Source of the DNA: an uncultured delta proteobacterium
GTDB taxonomy: Bacteria > Myxococcota_A > Polyangia > Fen-1088
NCBI GenBank assembly: GCA_963737265.1
Contig: CAVTRY010000013.1
Span: forward strand, 64,001 to 128,000
Direction of reading: 5' to 3'
DNA length: 64,000 nucleotides
A program made the translations under genes and the position numbers. Below are positions 17,675 through 28,071 of this stretch, piece by piece; position 1 is the first letter of the stretch, and each line of letters begins with the position of its first letter. The notes under the pieces were generated by a model. The model had not been told where the DNA came from. It ran no database searches and worked only from the letters and a program-made list of their open reading frames with translations.

Positions 17675-19057
17675 TCAGGCGGCGCGCAGGCGCTCGAGAA
17701 CGGACGGATGCGCGCGCACGTCGAAGATGACGGCATCTTCCTGATAGCGTTCGCCGAGCACCTCGCACGAGGCGAAGATTTCGCCGCGCAGCTGCTGGCG
17801 ATCGTAGGGAACGCGGACTTCTCCGCTGACTAGCCCTTGCGAGAAAAACGCAATCAAGCGCAGCCGCAGCCTCGCCACGTCGTCGGGCCGGCGCGCCGAC
17901 ATGACGAAGGACTCGGGCCAGCGCTCGGCGAGGGCGCGCGCAGTCGCCGCTTCGGCCGCAGCCTCGCCCACGCGATCCATTTTGTTGAAGATGACGAGGC
18001 GCGGAATGGCGTCTGCCCCAATGTCGGTTAGGACCTCCGCCGTGACCTCAAGCTGACGCTCGAAGCTGGCATCCGATGCATCCACCACTTGCGCCAGCAG
18101 GCCCGCCTCCAGCGCTTCGTCGAGGGTGCTCTTGAACGAAGCCACCAACCCGTGCGGTAGCTTGTCGATGAATCCGACCGTGTCGGACAACAAAATGCGT
18201 GGATGCGATTCGGGCGCGAGGGTTCGTACCGTCGTATCGAGCGTCGCGAACAATTTGTCGGCGACATACACCTCGCTGCCCGTGAGCGCGCGCATCAGTG
18301 TGGATTTCCCCGCGTTGGTGTAGCCCACCAGCGCGACCCGATTCATGTCGCGGCGGCGCGCCCGCTGCGTGTCTTGCTCGGCCGCGAGCGCCGTCAACTC
18401 GCCCGTCAGCTCGGCGATGCGATCGCGAATCTTGCGCCGGTCTAGCTCCAGGCTGGATTCGCCCGCGCCCTTGCCGCCGATACCGCCGCGCTGCCGATCC
18501 TTGCCCGCGCCCGATTCGCGCAGCCGGGGCGCCAGATATTGCAGGCGCACGATTTCGACCTGCGCCTTGGCGACGCGTGAACGGGCGTGCCGGCGGAAAA
18601 TTTCTAGAATCACGGCCGTGCGATCCATCACCTCGGCGCCTGTCGCCTTTTCCAAGTTGCGCGCCTGCGAAGGACCGATGTCGTGATCGACCAAGACAAT
18701 CTTGATGGGCTCAGCACCAACCTTGTTGGTGGCGATCTCGTTCCTGGCCGCCGTCACCTCGCTCTCACCGCCATCTTCGCGTTCATCTTCGTGTTCATCG
18801 GCGTCGCCGGCGGCCGCATCGCCAGCGCCGGTGAGCACCTGTAGCTCCTTGAGCTTGCCGCTGCCGAGGACCGTTCCCGCGTGAAACGAGCTCCGCCGCT
18901 GCGTGATGGTGGCCGCGACCGACAGGCCGAGCGTGCGCGCCAGCCGATGGAGCTCGGCGACCGACGAGGCAAACGCACCGTCCTCGACGCCGTGCAATTG
19001 TACTGCGACCACCACGGCCCGTCGCGGACCGGATTCTTGTTCGGATAACCTCGCCAT
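17675..19057 (-). CDS. hflX: GTPase HflX
   Basis: SQARNLE, DRTAVILEIF, GKGAGES, GYTNAGKST, KLFATLD, DTVGFI, NKMD. Confidence 0.95.
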   Translation of the reverse strand: MARLSEQESGPRRAVVVAVQLHGVEDGAFASSVAELHRLARTLGLSVAATITQRRSSFHAGTVLGSGKLKELQVLTGAGDAAAGDADEHEDEREDGGESEVTAARNEIATNKVGAEPIKIVLVDHDIGPSQARNLEKATGAEVMDRTAVILEIFRRHARSRVAKAQVEIVRLQYLAPRLRESGAGKDRQRGGIGGKGAGESSLELDRRKIRDRIAELTGELTALAAEQDTQRARRRDMNRVALVGYTNAGKSTLMRALTGSEVYVADKLFATLDTTVRTLAPESHPRILLSDTVGFIDKLPHGLVASFKSTLDEALEAGLLAQVVDASDASFERQLEVTAEVLTDIGADAIPRLVIFNKMDRVGEAAAEAATARALAERWPESFVMSARRPDDVARLRLRLIAFFSQGLVSGEVRVPYDRQQLRGEIFASCEVLGERYQEDAVIFDVRAHPSVLERLRAA

Positions 19058-19113
19058 AGGTGGCGGAGTATAGGCGACGCAGGCGCCGAAGCACGGCTGG
19101 CGACGTCAGGCCG

Positions 19114-21213
19114 CTACCTCGGTGTCGCGTCGGGCAAGCCGCCGTCGACGGGGATGGTGGCGCCGGTGGTGGGGGTTTGGCGGGTGAGAAAGAAGAGCAC
19201 GGCGCGCGCCACGTGCTCGGCGGTGACGGGGGCTTTGAGCAAGTTGCGCGAACGGTAGTATTCTTCCAGGCCGCGTTCGTCGAGGCCGCGCGCCTTCATG
19301 CGGTTGGGGCCGACGGCGGCCCACAGCCCCGAGCGCTTTTCTCCATGCGAGAAAACGGCGTCGGGGGCGACCATGTTGACCCGCACGCCGAGCGGTGCGA
19401 ATTCAAGGCTGGCGATGCGCGCGAGCTGATGGGCGGCGGCTTTGGTGGCGCTGTAGGCGCCGAAGCCGGCACCGGGAGCGAACACGTTTTTCGTCGATAC
19501 CAGCACCACGTCGCCGCCCGTGCCTTGCACCGCGAAGTGGCGGCCCGCTTGGGCGAGCACGAGCAGCGCGCCTTCCACGTTGACGCTTTCGAGCTTGCGA
19601 AAGGCATCGAGGCTCAGCTCGGTGATGGGCGCCACGTGGGCGATGCCGGCGCTGACGATCACGCCGTCGATACCGCCCCAGGCGCGAATGACCTTGGCAT
19701 AGCCCGCGGCGACCGAGGCTGGCAGGGTCACGTCCATGGCGACGGCCATCACCCGCGACGGGTAGCGCCGGCCAAGCTCACTGACGAGCCCATCGAGCGC
19801 GGGTCCGGGAAGATCGGTCGCGGCCACGTGGCAACCTAGGGCGAGCAAGGCCTCGCAGATGCCCGAGCCAATGGCACCCGCGGCGCCAGTCACCAGGGTG
19901 ACGCTGCCACCGAGACTGTGCTCCCTGTCGCCGGGCTTTTCCTTGGTCTTGGCCAGTTGGTAGCCACGGAATTCCATGTCGAACAAATGCTCATCGTCGA
20001 GGGGAAGGTAGTCGGCGCCGCTTTCAAAAATGGCGGTCTTCACGCGCAGCCCTTGCAAGGTGATGTCGCGGATCATCGCCGCATCCGCAGCGTTGTGGCC
20101 GACGCACACCACGCCGAGTCCTGGAATCATGAGCACGCGAGGTGGAAAATCGCGGGGCTCGCTCGCGGCCGTCGTCGCGTGCGCTTCCACGTAGCCTTGA
20201 TATTCCGACTTGTAGGAAGCGACCGCCTTCACGAGCTGGTCCTTGAAGGCCTTCGTATCTTCGAGTGTCGCACCGTCGAGCCACAGCGGAAGCCGGCGCG
20301 TGCGGATGAGATAGTCTGGCGTCAGCGGCGCCGAAAGGGCCAGCTTCTTGCCCTCCGGGGCGTCGAGGAGTTGCACGATCTCGGGATCGAGCAAGGCCTC
20401 CAGGACAACTCGGTCGGCAAGATTGTCGGGCGTAGTCGGCCCCAGGGCGCCCCGAATGACCGGGGCGAGCTCGACGTATTTCTTTTCGCGCTCGGCAGCG
20501 GCCGCGGTCGGCGTCCCCAAGGTGCGAGCGCGCTCATTCCGCACGTAGGCTTCGGCGCGGCTGACAAGATCGATGGTCGCGTCGTATGCCGCGCGCGCCG
20601 TCGCACCCCAGGTCACAAGTCCGTGGTGCATCAGCACGATGGCGTGCGCGCCAGGAGCACGAGCCATGGTGTCGCGCACGGCATGAGCGAGATCCAGCCC
20701 GGCCCGCGCGTAGGCAACGATTCCAACTTCCTCGTCGAGTGCCGCAGCCACAGCCTCGGCGCCGCCGGTCCGATTGGTGAGGGCGAGGATCGCGCTCGGG
20801 TGCGTATGCACCACGAATTCGGCCGGAAGAACCGCATGAGCCAGGGTTTCCACCGAGGCTCGCCGCGCAGATGCGCGCAGGCCGTGGCAGGCAAATTCGC
20901 CTGCCATCGCTTCATCCGACAGCGCGGCGAGGTCGAGTAGCCGGGTCAGGTACGCGAGATCGAGGGCGACGAAATCGGCCGGCTCGATGGTCGCGAGATT
21001 GACTCCGGACGCCTTGATGAAGAGCGCGGATTGCTTTTCGCCGAGCACATTCGCCAGGGCACTCTTGCACGAGGTATTGCCGCCGCCGTGGAGGGCGAGG
21101 TCAGGCTCGGCGCCCAGCAATCGCGTGGTGTAGGTGAGAAGCGCCAGATCGCGCTCTACGCCTTGGTCGGCCGCCAAGGCCGCGGCGTCCGTCTCGGACC
21201 AACGGTTTTGCAT
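19114..21213 (-). CDS. Bifunctional class II aldolase/short-chain dehydrogenase (RhaEW/YuxG-like)
   Basis: HGGGNTSCK, SVETLAH, HTHP, HHGL; SDR motifs TGAAGAIG, STKN, YSATK; PVDGG. Confidence 0.92.
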   Translation of the reverse strand: MQNRWSETDAAALAADQGVERDLALLTYTTRLLGAEPDLALHGGGNTSCKSALANVLGEKQSALFIKASGVNLATIEPADFVALDLAYLTRLLDLAALSDEAMAGEFACHGLRASARRASVETLAHAVLPAEFVVHTHPSAILALTNRTGGAEAVAAALDEEVGIVAYARAGLDLAHAVRDTMARAPGAHAIVLMHHGLVTWGATARAAYDATIDLVSRAEAYVRNERARTLGTPTAAAAEREKKYVELAPVIRGALGPTTPDNLADRVVLEALLDPEIVQLLDAPEGKKLALSAPLTPDYLIRTRRLPLWLDGATLEDTKAFKDQLVKAVASYKSEYQGYVEAHATTAASEPRDFPPRVLMIPGLGVVCVGHNAADAAMIRDITLQGLRVKTAIFESGADYLPLDDEHLFDMEFRGYQLAKTKEKPGDREHSLGGSVTLVTGAAGAIGSGICEALLALGCHVAATDLPGPALDGLVSELGRRYPSRVMAVAMDVTLPASVAAGYAKVIRAWGGIDGVIVSAGIAHVAPITELSLDAFRKLESVNVEGALLVLAQAGRHFAVQGTGGDVVLVSTKNVFAPGAGFGAYSATKAAAHQLARIASLEFAPLGVRVNMVAPDAVFSHGEKRSGLWAAVGPNRMKARGLDERGLEEYYRSRNLLKAPVTAEHVARAVLFFLTRQTPTTGATIPVDGGLPDATPR

Positions 21214-21226
21214 GCGCGGTCGTCCG

Positions 21227-22111
21227 CTAACGCTTCTGGTTCTTGGTGGTGCGGTAGAGTTCGAGGGCGTGCTCCGGGCTCATGCCCTCGTGAACCACCT
21301 TGCGCACGGCTTGAATCATGGCGACGGGTGCTTCGGCCTGGAAAATGTTGCGTCCCATGTCGACGCCGGCCGCGCCTTGTGAGATAGCGGCGTGGGCCAT
21401 GCGCAGCGCTTCGAGCTCGGGCAGCTTCTTGCCGCCCGCGATGACGATGGGCACCGGGCAGGAGGCGGTCACAGTCTCGAAGTCCTCGGGCACGTAGTAG
21501 GTCTTCACGAATGCCGCACCCAGCTCGGCGCAGATGCGGCTGGCCAGGCGCATGTACTTCGCGTCGCGCGCCAGATCCTTGCCGACAGCGGTTACTGCCA
21601 GTACTGGAATGCCGTAGCGATTGCCCTCGTCCACCAGGCGGGTCATGTTGGCGACCGACTGAGATTCGAATTCGCCGCCGATGAAGACCTGCACCGCGAC
21701 CGCCGAGACGTTCATGCGGACGGCGTCCTCCATGCTGACGGCGATCTGTTCGTTGGAGAGCTCCTTCAAGATGCTGGGGCCGCCGCTGGCACGCATGACG
21801 ATGGCGTTGGGCGAGGCGGGCGGAATCACGCTGCGCAGGATTCCGCGCGTCAGCATCAAGGCGTCGGCGTATGGAGCCAGCGGCAAGATGGTGACGTCGA
21901 CGCGCTCGAGGCCGGTGGTGGGGCCCTGGAAATAGCCGTGGTCGAAGGCCAGCATCACGGCCTTGCCGGACTTCGGGTTGAAGATGCGGGCCAGCCGATT
22001 GTTCATGCCCCAGTCGTGCGCGTTCGAGCCCTTGAGGAAGAAGCTCTCGCTTTTCTGTGGGACGTCTACGTAGAATTCCTTGTCCGTCTTGGTGACGTCA
22101 GGTTCCGGCAT
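21227..22111 (-). CDS. lsrF: LsrF-type thiolase/class I aldolase
   Basis: [57 protein letters not shown]; SD AAGGAG. Confidence 0.92.
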   Translation of the reverse strand: MPEPDVTKTDKEFYVDVPQKSESFFLKGSNAHDWGMNNRLARIFNPKSGKAVMLAFDHGYFQGPTTGLERVDVTILPLAPYADALMLTRGILRSVIPPASPNAIVMRASGGPSILKELSNEQIAVSMEDAVRMNVSAVAVQVFIGGEFESQSVANMTRLVDEGNRYGIPVLAVTAVGKDLARDAKYMRLASRICAELGAAFVKTYYVPEDFETVTASCPVPIVIAGGKKLPELEALRMAHAAISQGAAGVDMGRNIFQAEAPVAMIQAVRKVVHEGMSPEHALELYRTTKNQKR

Positions 22112-22229
22112 GGTCATCTCCTTGGCGCATTGAAACAGTCCGAGCGGGCGGCGAAAACGTAACACAAACGGCGCCCACCGATGCGGCGATTGCGATCGTC
22201 GCCCGTAGAGCACCGCGCTCAAGGTTTCG

Positions 22230-23042
22230 TTAGTTGTTCAATGCGCCATCGGCAATCCAGCCGACGATGGCAGCGATCTCGCTCGTGGTGAGTTTCGGCG
22301 TTTGGTATGGCATCGGATTTTTGAGACTCGCCGGCAGGGTCGCGCCCGACACTTTCTGATAGAGCACGCTGTGGTCCGGATCGCCGGGGATGACACGCGT
22401 GCCCCCAACCAGCGCGGCTATGTTGACCACCCCGCGCGTCGTATCGAAGGGATTGGCAAGGTTGGGCGGGTTCAGCGACTGGGCAGAGTGGCAATACGAA
22501 CACTGGCCTGCCTTAGCACCCACCGACACGCCGTCACCGAAGATGGGTGCGACGTTGGCTTGGTAGTCGGCATCGTTGTTGGCGCCGTTCTGAATCCAGG
22601 TCCGAATAGCGGCTAGCTCGGTGGACGTGACGAGCGACGTGTCGAGAGGCATGCTGGCGCCCTCGGTGTCGGGATTGAGGTCGGTGGCTTGGACCTTGTC
22701 GACGAGGAAGCTTTGCTCAGGGTGCTCCGGCTTGATCAGAATCGTATTGCGCGCAGAGGTCCAGTCCGTAGCTCGGTTGACCATGCCCGTGCTGGTGTCG
22801 AACGGGTTCTGCAGCTGGAACCCGATGGGCGTTCCTTGCCAGTGGCAATTTACGCACTTGGCTTCAAAAATGGGGAACACTGTGGCGAGATAGCCCGAGG
22901 CTCCCCCACCCGAGCCTCCCGCGCCCGAGCCTCCCGTGCCCGTGCCTCCCCCGCCCGTGCCGTTGCTGCCGCACGCAGCAACCCCCATGGCCAGGCAGAC
23001 CACGGCTGCGCAACCCAGAGTTCTTTCTTTTCCACCGTTCAT
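22230..23042 (-). CDS. Diheme c-type cytochrome lipoprotein with two repeated domains
   Basis: Lipobox VAAC; CVNCH and CSYCH; each repeat has PxxPxxSxL..MP..ExxAIxxWIxxGA. Confidence 0.8.
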   Translation of the reverse strand: MNGGKERTLGCAAVVCLAMGVAACGSNGTGGGGTGTGGSGAGGSGGGASGYLATVFPIFEAKCVNCHWQGTPIGFQLQNPFDTSTGMVNRATDWTSARNTILIKPEHPEQSFLVDKVQATDLNPDTEGASMPLDTSLVTSTELAAIRTWIQNGANNDADYQANVAPIFGDGVSVGAKAGQCSYCHSAQSLNPPNLANPFDTTRGVVNIAALVGGTRVIPGDPDHSVLYQKVSGATLPASLKNPMPYQTPKLTTSEIAAIVGWIADGALNN

Positions 23043-23128
23043 TTCCGTTCTGATGCAGTCAACATCGAGAAAGGAGCGTGTTCCGGAGCAGATACGTCGC
23101 TGGCGCGCGGGCCGGTCGCTATCGACCG

Positions 23129-24466
23129 TCAAGATTCGCTGGAATCTTCGCCGGTGTCTTCGCCAGCCTGGCGGGGCAGGGGGTCACCACGCAGACGGCG
23201 AATGCGGCCGTCGCGGATTTCGATGGTGGTGAAGCGGAAGCCGGCCAACTCCACGCTGCGACCGGGGCGCAGCGGCGGCCCGAGGTGCGACTGCACGTAG
23301 GCGCCGAGCGTCTCGATGTCGGGCGGCATGGGCGGCAGCTCGACGCCGAGCTCTCGCTCCGCCACGTCGAGGGTCAGTCGCCCGTCGACCTCGAAGCGGC
23401 CTTCCGTCCCGCGCACGATGGGCTGGATTTCGCCCACATCCTGTTCGTCTTGAATTTCGCCCACGAATTCTTCCAACAAATCTTCGAGGGTCACCACGCC
23501 GACGAAGCGATTGCTTGCACCGAGCACGATGGACATGTGCACGCGTCGGCGCTGGAACTCGCGGCGCAGCCATTCGCTCGGGGTTTCCTCGGAGCAGTAG
23601 ATGGGTTCGCGCGCGAGCTCGCGCATGCGCTTGGGTTCCTGTCCCGAGGCCAGAGCGGCCATCATGTCTTTCATGTGAACGTAGCCGATGACCTTGTCGG
23701 TGCCAGGTTCGACCAGGGGATAGCGCGTGTACTGATTGGCCAACGCGATCTCGATGTTCTCGCGCCAGGTGCGGCCTTCCTCAAGAACCGAAACGTCGCG
23801 CCGCAAGGTCATCACGTGACGGGCGACTCGATGGGTGTAATCGAACACGCGGTCGATAAGCTTGCGTGCCCCAGGATCTAGCTCAACGTGTTGGAGAACC
23901 AGGCGGAGCTCGTCCGACGAATGCAGCATCTCGGCGCCGGAAGCGGGATGCAGCCGGAGCGTCCGCAGAAGGAGATTGGCCGCCGCGGTCAGAGCCCAAA
24001 CGAAGGGAAAGGTGATGAGCGAAAAAACGCGCAGGGGAGCCGCGGCCCACAGCGCGACGGGCTCCGCTTTTTGCAAGGCGATGGCCTTGGGCACGAGCTC
24101 ACCCAGCACCGCGTGCAAAAAGGTGATGACCGCGAAGCTGCAACCCAAGGCCAGCGACGTCGTGGCGGCTCCGGTCATGCGGCCGAGACTGGTCATGTAG
24201 GGATGAATGAGGTGCGCGAACGCGGGCTCGCCCACCCAGCCCAGCGCCAGCGAGGCGAGGGTGACGCCGAGCTGGTTGGCCGAAAGGTACTTGTCGAGAT
24301 GCCGGGTGACGCCGTAGAGAATCGCGGCGCGCCGCCCGCCGCCAGAGGCGAGCTCCTTCACCCGTGTCGGGCGAATTTTCACGATGGCGAACTCGGAGGC
24401 CACGAAGAAGGCGTTGGCCACGACCATCACGGCGGCCAGGAGCAAAGCTGTGCTCGGATTCAACAT
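23129..24466 (-). CDS. Hemolysin/CNNM family (DUF21-CBS-CorC) protein
   Basis: NAFFVASEFAIV, QLGVTLASLALGWVGEPA, GELVPK, YTRYP, GVVTLEDLLEEFVGEIQDE. Confidence 0.93.
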   Translation of the reverse strand: MLNPSTALLLAAVMVVANAFFVASEFAIVKIRPTRVKELASGGGRRAAILYGVTRHLDKYLSANQLGVTLASLALGWVGEPAFAHLIHPYMTSLGRMTGAATTSLALGCSFAVITFLHAVLGELVPKAIALQKAEPVALWAAAPLRVFSLITFPFVWALTAAANLLLRTLRLHPASGAEMLHSSDELRLVLQHVELDPGARKLIDRVFDYTHRVARHVMTLRRDVSVLEEGRTWRENIEIALANQYTRYPLVEPGTDKVIGYVHMKDMMAALASGQEPKRMRELAREPIYCSEETPSEWLRREFQRRRVHMSIVLGASNRFVGVVTLEDLLEEFVGEIQDEQDVGEIQPIVRGTEGRFEVDGRLTLDVAERELGVELPPMPPDIETLGAYVQSHLGPPLRPGRSVELAGFRFTTIEIRDGRIRRLRGDPLPRQAGEDTGEDSSES

Positions 24467-24532
24467 GCCCTAAGAGTACAGGCAGAAGGTGGGGATCGGC
24501 CAATCCGCCGCGCATTCGTGGTATCAAGGGGC

Positions 24533-25117
24533 ATGGGCGCATCCATCGGGAATGACCTTCGGACCCTCCCCAATATCATCACGTTGCTGCGGATCGTTCT
24601 CCTTTGGCTTGGCGCGCTGGTGTATTTCTATGTGTCCGCTGGCGCTGGCATCGCGCTCACGGTTGTCGCGGGAGTCACCGACTACCTCGACGGCTACATC
24701 GCCCGCCGATTGAAGCAGGTGACGCGTCTTGGCGAGATCCTCGATCAGTTTTGCGATCTTTGCTTCGAGGCATTCATAATCATCATCGCTACAACGCAGC
24801 GCTTTTTTCCTCCATACATCATTCTGCTTTATCTCTTCCGCGAGTTCTGGGTGCTGTGCTTGCGCCGCTTCATGGCGCAGGTACGAATGAACATTCCGAG
24901 CAGCCTGGCAGGCAAGGCCAAGACCAACCTCATCATGTGGAGTTTTCTGCCCACGTTTCTATCGCTCGCCAGGATCGTTCCTTCCTGGGAGCCCTATGTT
25001 GGCTACGCTGGGCTGGCCATGGTCGGCACCGGGCTGGCGGCGGGCTACTTCAGTGCGCTGGGTTACACGAAGGCGTTCGCGCTAGGCTATGCCGAAGCGA
25101 CGAGCAGGCTAGACTGA
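24533..25117 (+). CDS. CDP-alcohol phosphatidyltransferase (PgsA-like)
   Basis: TLPNIITLLR, TDYLDGYIARR..TRLGEILDQFCD, GKAKT. Confidence 0.9.
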   Translation: MGASIGNDLRTLPNIITLLRIVLLWLGALVYFYVSAGAGIALTVVAGVTDYLDGYIARRLKQVTRLGEILDQFCDLCFEAFIIIIATTQRFFPPYIILLYLFREFWVLCLRRFMAQVRMNIPSSLAGKAKTNLIMWSFLPTFLSLARIVPSWEPYVGYAGLAMVGTGLAAGYFSALGYTKAFALGYAEATSRLD

Positions 25118-25123
25118 GCGGCC

Positions 25124-27454
25124 ATGCGACGGTATGTCTCGGGCGCGCTGCCCTTGCTGTTCAGCCTGTGGCTGTCCTTTCAAGCTCGGGCGCAGAATCT
25201 GTCGCCTGTTCCCGCCTGCCCGGAAGGCAACCTGCTGGCTCACAAGATGCCGGTGACCTGGCAGGAAGTGCGTCGCGATCTCGGCTTGCTGACCGATGAG
25301 AGCGTCGCGCCCGAGGGCGCGATGTGGGATTCGCAACCTGCGGTCATCTTCGACACGGCCGCCGCGACGGTTACTTGGGATCTGGGCGCGGTCACCTTGC
25401 TGCGCTCGTTCGCCATTCAAGCGGACGCCAACGATACCTACACCGTGTGGGGCTCGCTCGACGGCAGGGATTTCAAGGTGCTAGGTCAGCTCGATCCGGT
25501 ATCCAACCACGGCCTGCGCATGCGCGTGCTCAACGTGGGCGGCATGCCGGCGCGCTTCGTGCGCGTCGGTGAAGGCGTCGGCGACAGCTTCTACTCGATT
25601 TCGGAAGTGGCGGCGTATTGCCAGGTGCCCACGCCGTTCCCACCCACTATGAAGGTCGTGGACGCGCCGGCCGCCACGGTTCCGCCCAAGCACCTGCTGG
25701 ACTACTGGGACAACGATACCAGCGCGCGTTGGCAACTGATTCTCGCCGGGCTTGGCCTCGCCTTCCTGTGGTGGGAACGCAAGCTGAGCGACACGGGCCG
25801 GGCGGCGGTGAAGCGGCGTCTGCGCACGGCCATCGTTGCAGTGATGGGAGTGTTGGCGTTTTTCACCTATTTCAACTTCGGTTCGTTCCACTTCCCCAAC
25901 TTCATTCACGGCTGGGACACCTTTCACTATTACATCGGGTCCAAGTACTTCAAAGAGCTGCGCTACGAGCGCCTTTACGAGTGCGTAGCCGTCGCCGACA
26001 GCGAGGAGCCGGGTCTGCGCCGCCGGGTCGAGCTGCGCAAGATGACCAATCTGCGCAACAACGTCGTGGAAACCACGGCGGATATTTTGGCCCACCCCGA
26101 TCGTTGCAAGCAGCACTTCACCGAGGCGCGCTGGCAATCACTCAAGCACGACCTGCGCTACTTCCGTACGCTGGAAAACGCGCGGCGCTGGGATGACGCC
26201 CAAACCGATCACGGCTACAACGGCACGCCGGTGTGGAATATCGCGGGCACGTTCCTGGCCAACCTTACGCCCGCGAGCAGGACGCAGATTCTGATCTTGG
26301 ACAGCATCGACGTCGGATTGGTGTTCTTGCTGTCGCTCATGATCTGGTGGGCGTTCGGCTGGCGGGTTCTCACCGTCGCGCTCATCGCCTTCGCGACAAA
26401 CTTCCCCTCGCGCTGGTACTGGACCGGCGGATCGCTTTTGCGCTGGGACTGGCTCTTTTGGATGACCGCCGCCGTCTGTCTACTCAAGAAGGAACGGTTC
26501 TTCTACGCTGGCATGGCGCTGGCGTATTCGACGTTGCTGCGTATTTTTCCAGGCTTCCTGTTCGTCGCGCCAGTGATGGCGGCAGTCTATCACTACATTA
26601 AGCACCGCGAGATCGAACGGCGGTTCCTGCGGTTCTTCGCGGGTGCGGCGGTCGCGGTGGCCGTTCTCGTTCCCCTTAGCGTGGTGGTTGCGGGAGGCGC
26701 CGATGCCTATCCGCAATTCGTGCGCAACACCGTCAAGCATTCGGAAACGCCGCTGACCAATTACATGGGACTGCGTACGGTGGTGAACTACCGGCCGTCC
26801 GAAGTTGGCCGCCTTCTGCGCAACGACCAGCTCGTCGATCCGTGGAAACCCTGGAAGGATGCCCGGCTCAAGAGCTTCCGCGAAGCGCGGCCGCTTTACT
26901 TCGCGATCATCATTGCCTATCTGGTGATTGTCGGCTTCGCCGTTCGCGGGGTCGATCCGTGGGTCGCCGCCGCCTTGTCGGCGACCTTGATTGCGTTCGG
27001 TGCGGAGCTGACTTGTTACTACTATTCGTTCATCCTGGTGGTCGCTCTGCTTTACGCCAAGCACGAGGTGGCCGGTCGATGGGTGCTGGGCGTAACGGCG
27101 TTCACTCAGTTCATTGGCTGGGCCCCTATTCAGGGGCTTCCGCCGTGGTTGGGAAGGATCCTACCAGCTTCGATCCGTGGTGCGGCGGGCATGAGAGACT
27201 TCGGCATGCCGACCGGGCTTGATGAACAGTACACCTGGATGGCGCTGGCATCGCTCTTCGGGTTTGTGATGATTGCCTGGACCATGATGGCGGCTCGCCG
27301 GGTCGCATTGGCCAATGCCGGCGATCTGGCACTAGGGGTCGCGGGCCTCGACGAGAGGGCCAAGGCCAACATCGAACCCAAGGAAGCGCAGCCAGTGTGG
27401 CGCGAGCGTCTCGAACGACGCGCGCACGGTGGGCGAAGAAAGAAGCGGAGGTAG
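25124..27454 (+). CDS. Large membrane protein: N-terminal discoidin/F5-8-like domain plus GT-C-like multi-TM region
   Basis: Signal peptide, VTWDLG..IQADANDTY..SLDG, then FHYYIGSKYF, DHGYNGTPVW, RWDWL, LRIFP and ~10 TM helices. Confidence 0.65.
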   Translation: MRRYVSGALPLLFSLWLSFQARAQNLSPVPACPEGNLLAHKMPVTWQEVRRDLGLLTDESVAPEGAMWDSQPAVIFDTAAATVTWDLGAVTLLRSFAIQADANDTYTVWGSLDGRDFKVLGQLDPVSNHGLRMRVLNVGGMPARFVRVGEGVGDSFYSISEVAAYCQVPTPFPPTMKVVDAPAATVPPKHLLDYWDNDTSARWQLILAGLGLAFLWWERKLSDTGRAAVKRRLRTAIVAVMGVLAFFTYFNFGSFHFPNFIHGWDTFHYYIGSKYFKELRYERLYECVAVADSEEPGLRRRVELRKMTNLRNNVVETTADILAHPDRCKQHFTEARWQSLKHDLRYFRTLENARRWDDAQTDHGYNGTPVWNIAGTFLANLTPASRTQILILDSIDVGLVFLLSLMIWWAFGWRVLTVALIAFATNFPSRWYWTGGSLLRWDWLFWMTAAVCLLKKERFFYAGMALAYSTLLRIFPGFLFVAPVMAAVYHYIKHREIERRFLRFFAGAAVAVAVLVPLSVVVAGGADAYPQFVRNTVKHSETPLTNYMGLRTVVNYRPSEVGRLLRNDQLVDPWKPWKDARLKSFREARPLYFAIIIAYLVIVGFAVRGVDPWVAAALSATLIAFGAELTCYYYSFILVVALLYAKHEVAGRWVLGVTAFTQFIGWAPIQGLPPWLGRILPASIRGAAGMRDFGMPTGLDEQYTWMALASLFGFVMIAWTMMAARRVALANAGDLALGVAGLDERAKANIEPKEAQPVWRERLERRAHGGRRKKRR

Positions 27455-27542
27455 CGACGTCTGCACTTCGCAGCGAGGGAAATTGGCGGCGATGATTGCC
27501 CGGCGATGATTGCCCGGCCAATGCCGGGCGACCGCGAGCTAG

Positions 27543-27881
27543 CTAGCGCCGCTTCTTCTTGGCCGGCTTTTTGGCGACCTTCTTCTTGGTCGGCTTCTTG
27601 GCGACCTTCTTCTTGGCGACCTTGCCGACGGCCTTCTTGACGACCTTCTTCTTCCGCTTTTGGCCGCCGACGGCGCGCTTGGCACGAGACACATCGCCGT
27701 CCTTGTCGACGAAGTAGATGTAGTTGTTATCCATTTCGACACCGCCGTCGGCAACCTTTTCAGGCTTGCCCTTGGGCAGCCCCGGCTGTTTGCGACGGAC
27801 CTGCCATACGTCTCCGTCCTTCACATACAGCATGAAGTCCCTGCTGCGAGCTATCCCTAGCTTCTTGACTTTCTCGGCCAT
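27543..27881 (-). CDS. Small basic protein with internal repeat and histone H1-like Lys-rich tail (candidate nucleoid protein)
   Basis: 112 aa from MAEKV after GGAG; two EKV..G..YxxKDGDV units; tail KKVAKKPTKKKVAKKPAKKKRR. Confidence 0.75.
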   Translation of the reverse strand: MAEKVKKLGIARSRDFMLYVKDGDVWQVRRKQPGLPKGKPEKVADGGVEMDNNYIYFVDKDGDVSRAKRAVGGQKRKKKVVKKAVGKVAKKKVAKKPTKKKVAKKPAKKKRR

Positions 27882-28071
27882 TACTCCGCCCTCCGTCTGT
27901 GTTGTGGCGAAAGAGATTACTCGCATGGTAGCCGGGGGCCTAGTACTGTCAAGCGGTTTCCGTCGACGATTCCAACCGACACCCGTCCGACCTCCGTCCG
28001 ACCAAAGCGCGGGCTTCGCCCGCAACCCAAGGCTTCAGGCTCTAGACTCCAGGCTTCCCCCAATTGACCAT

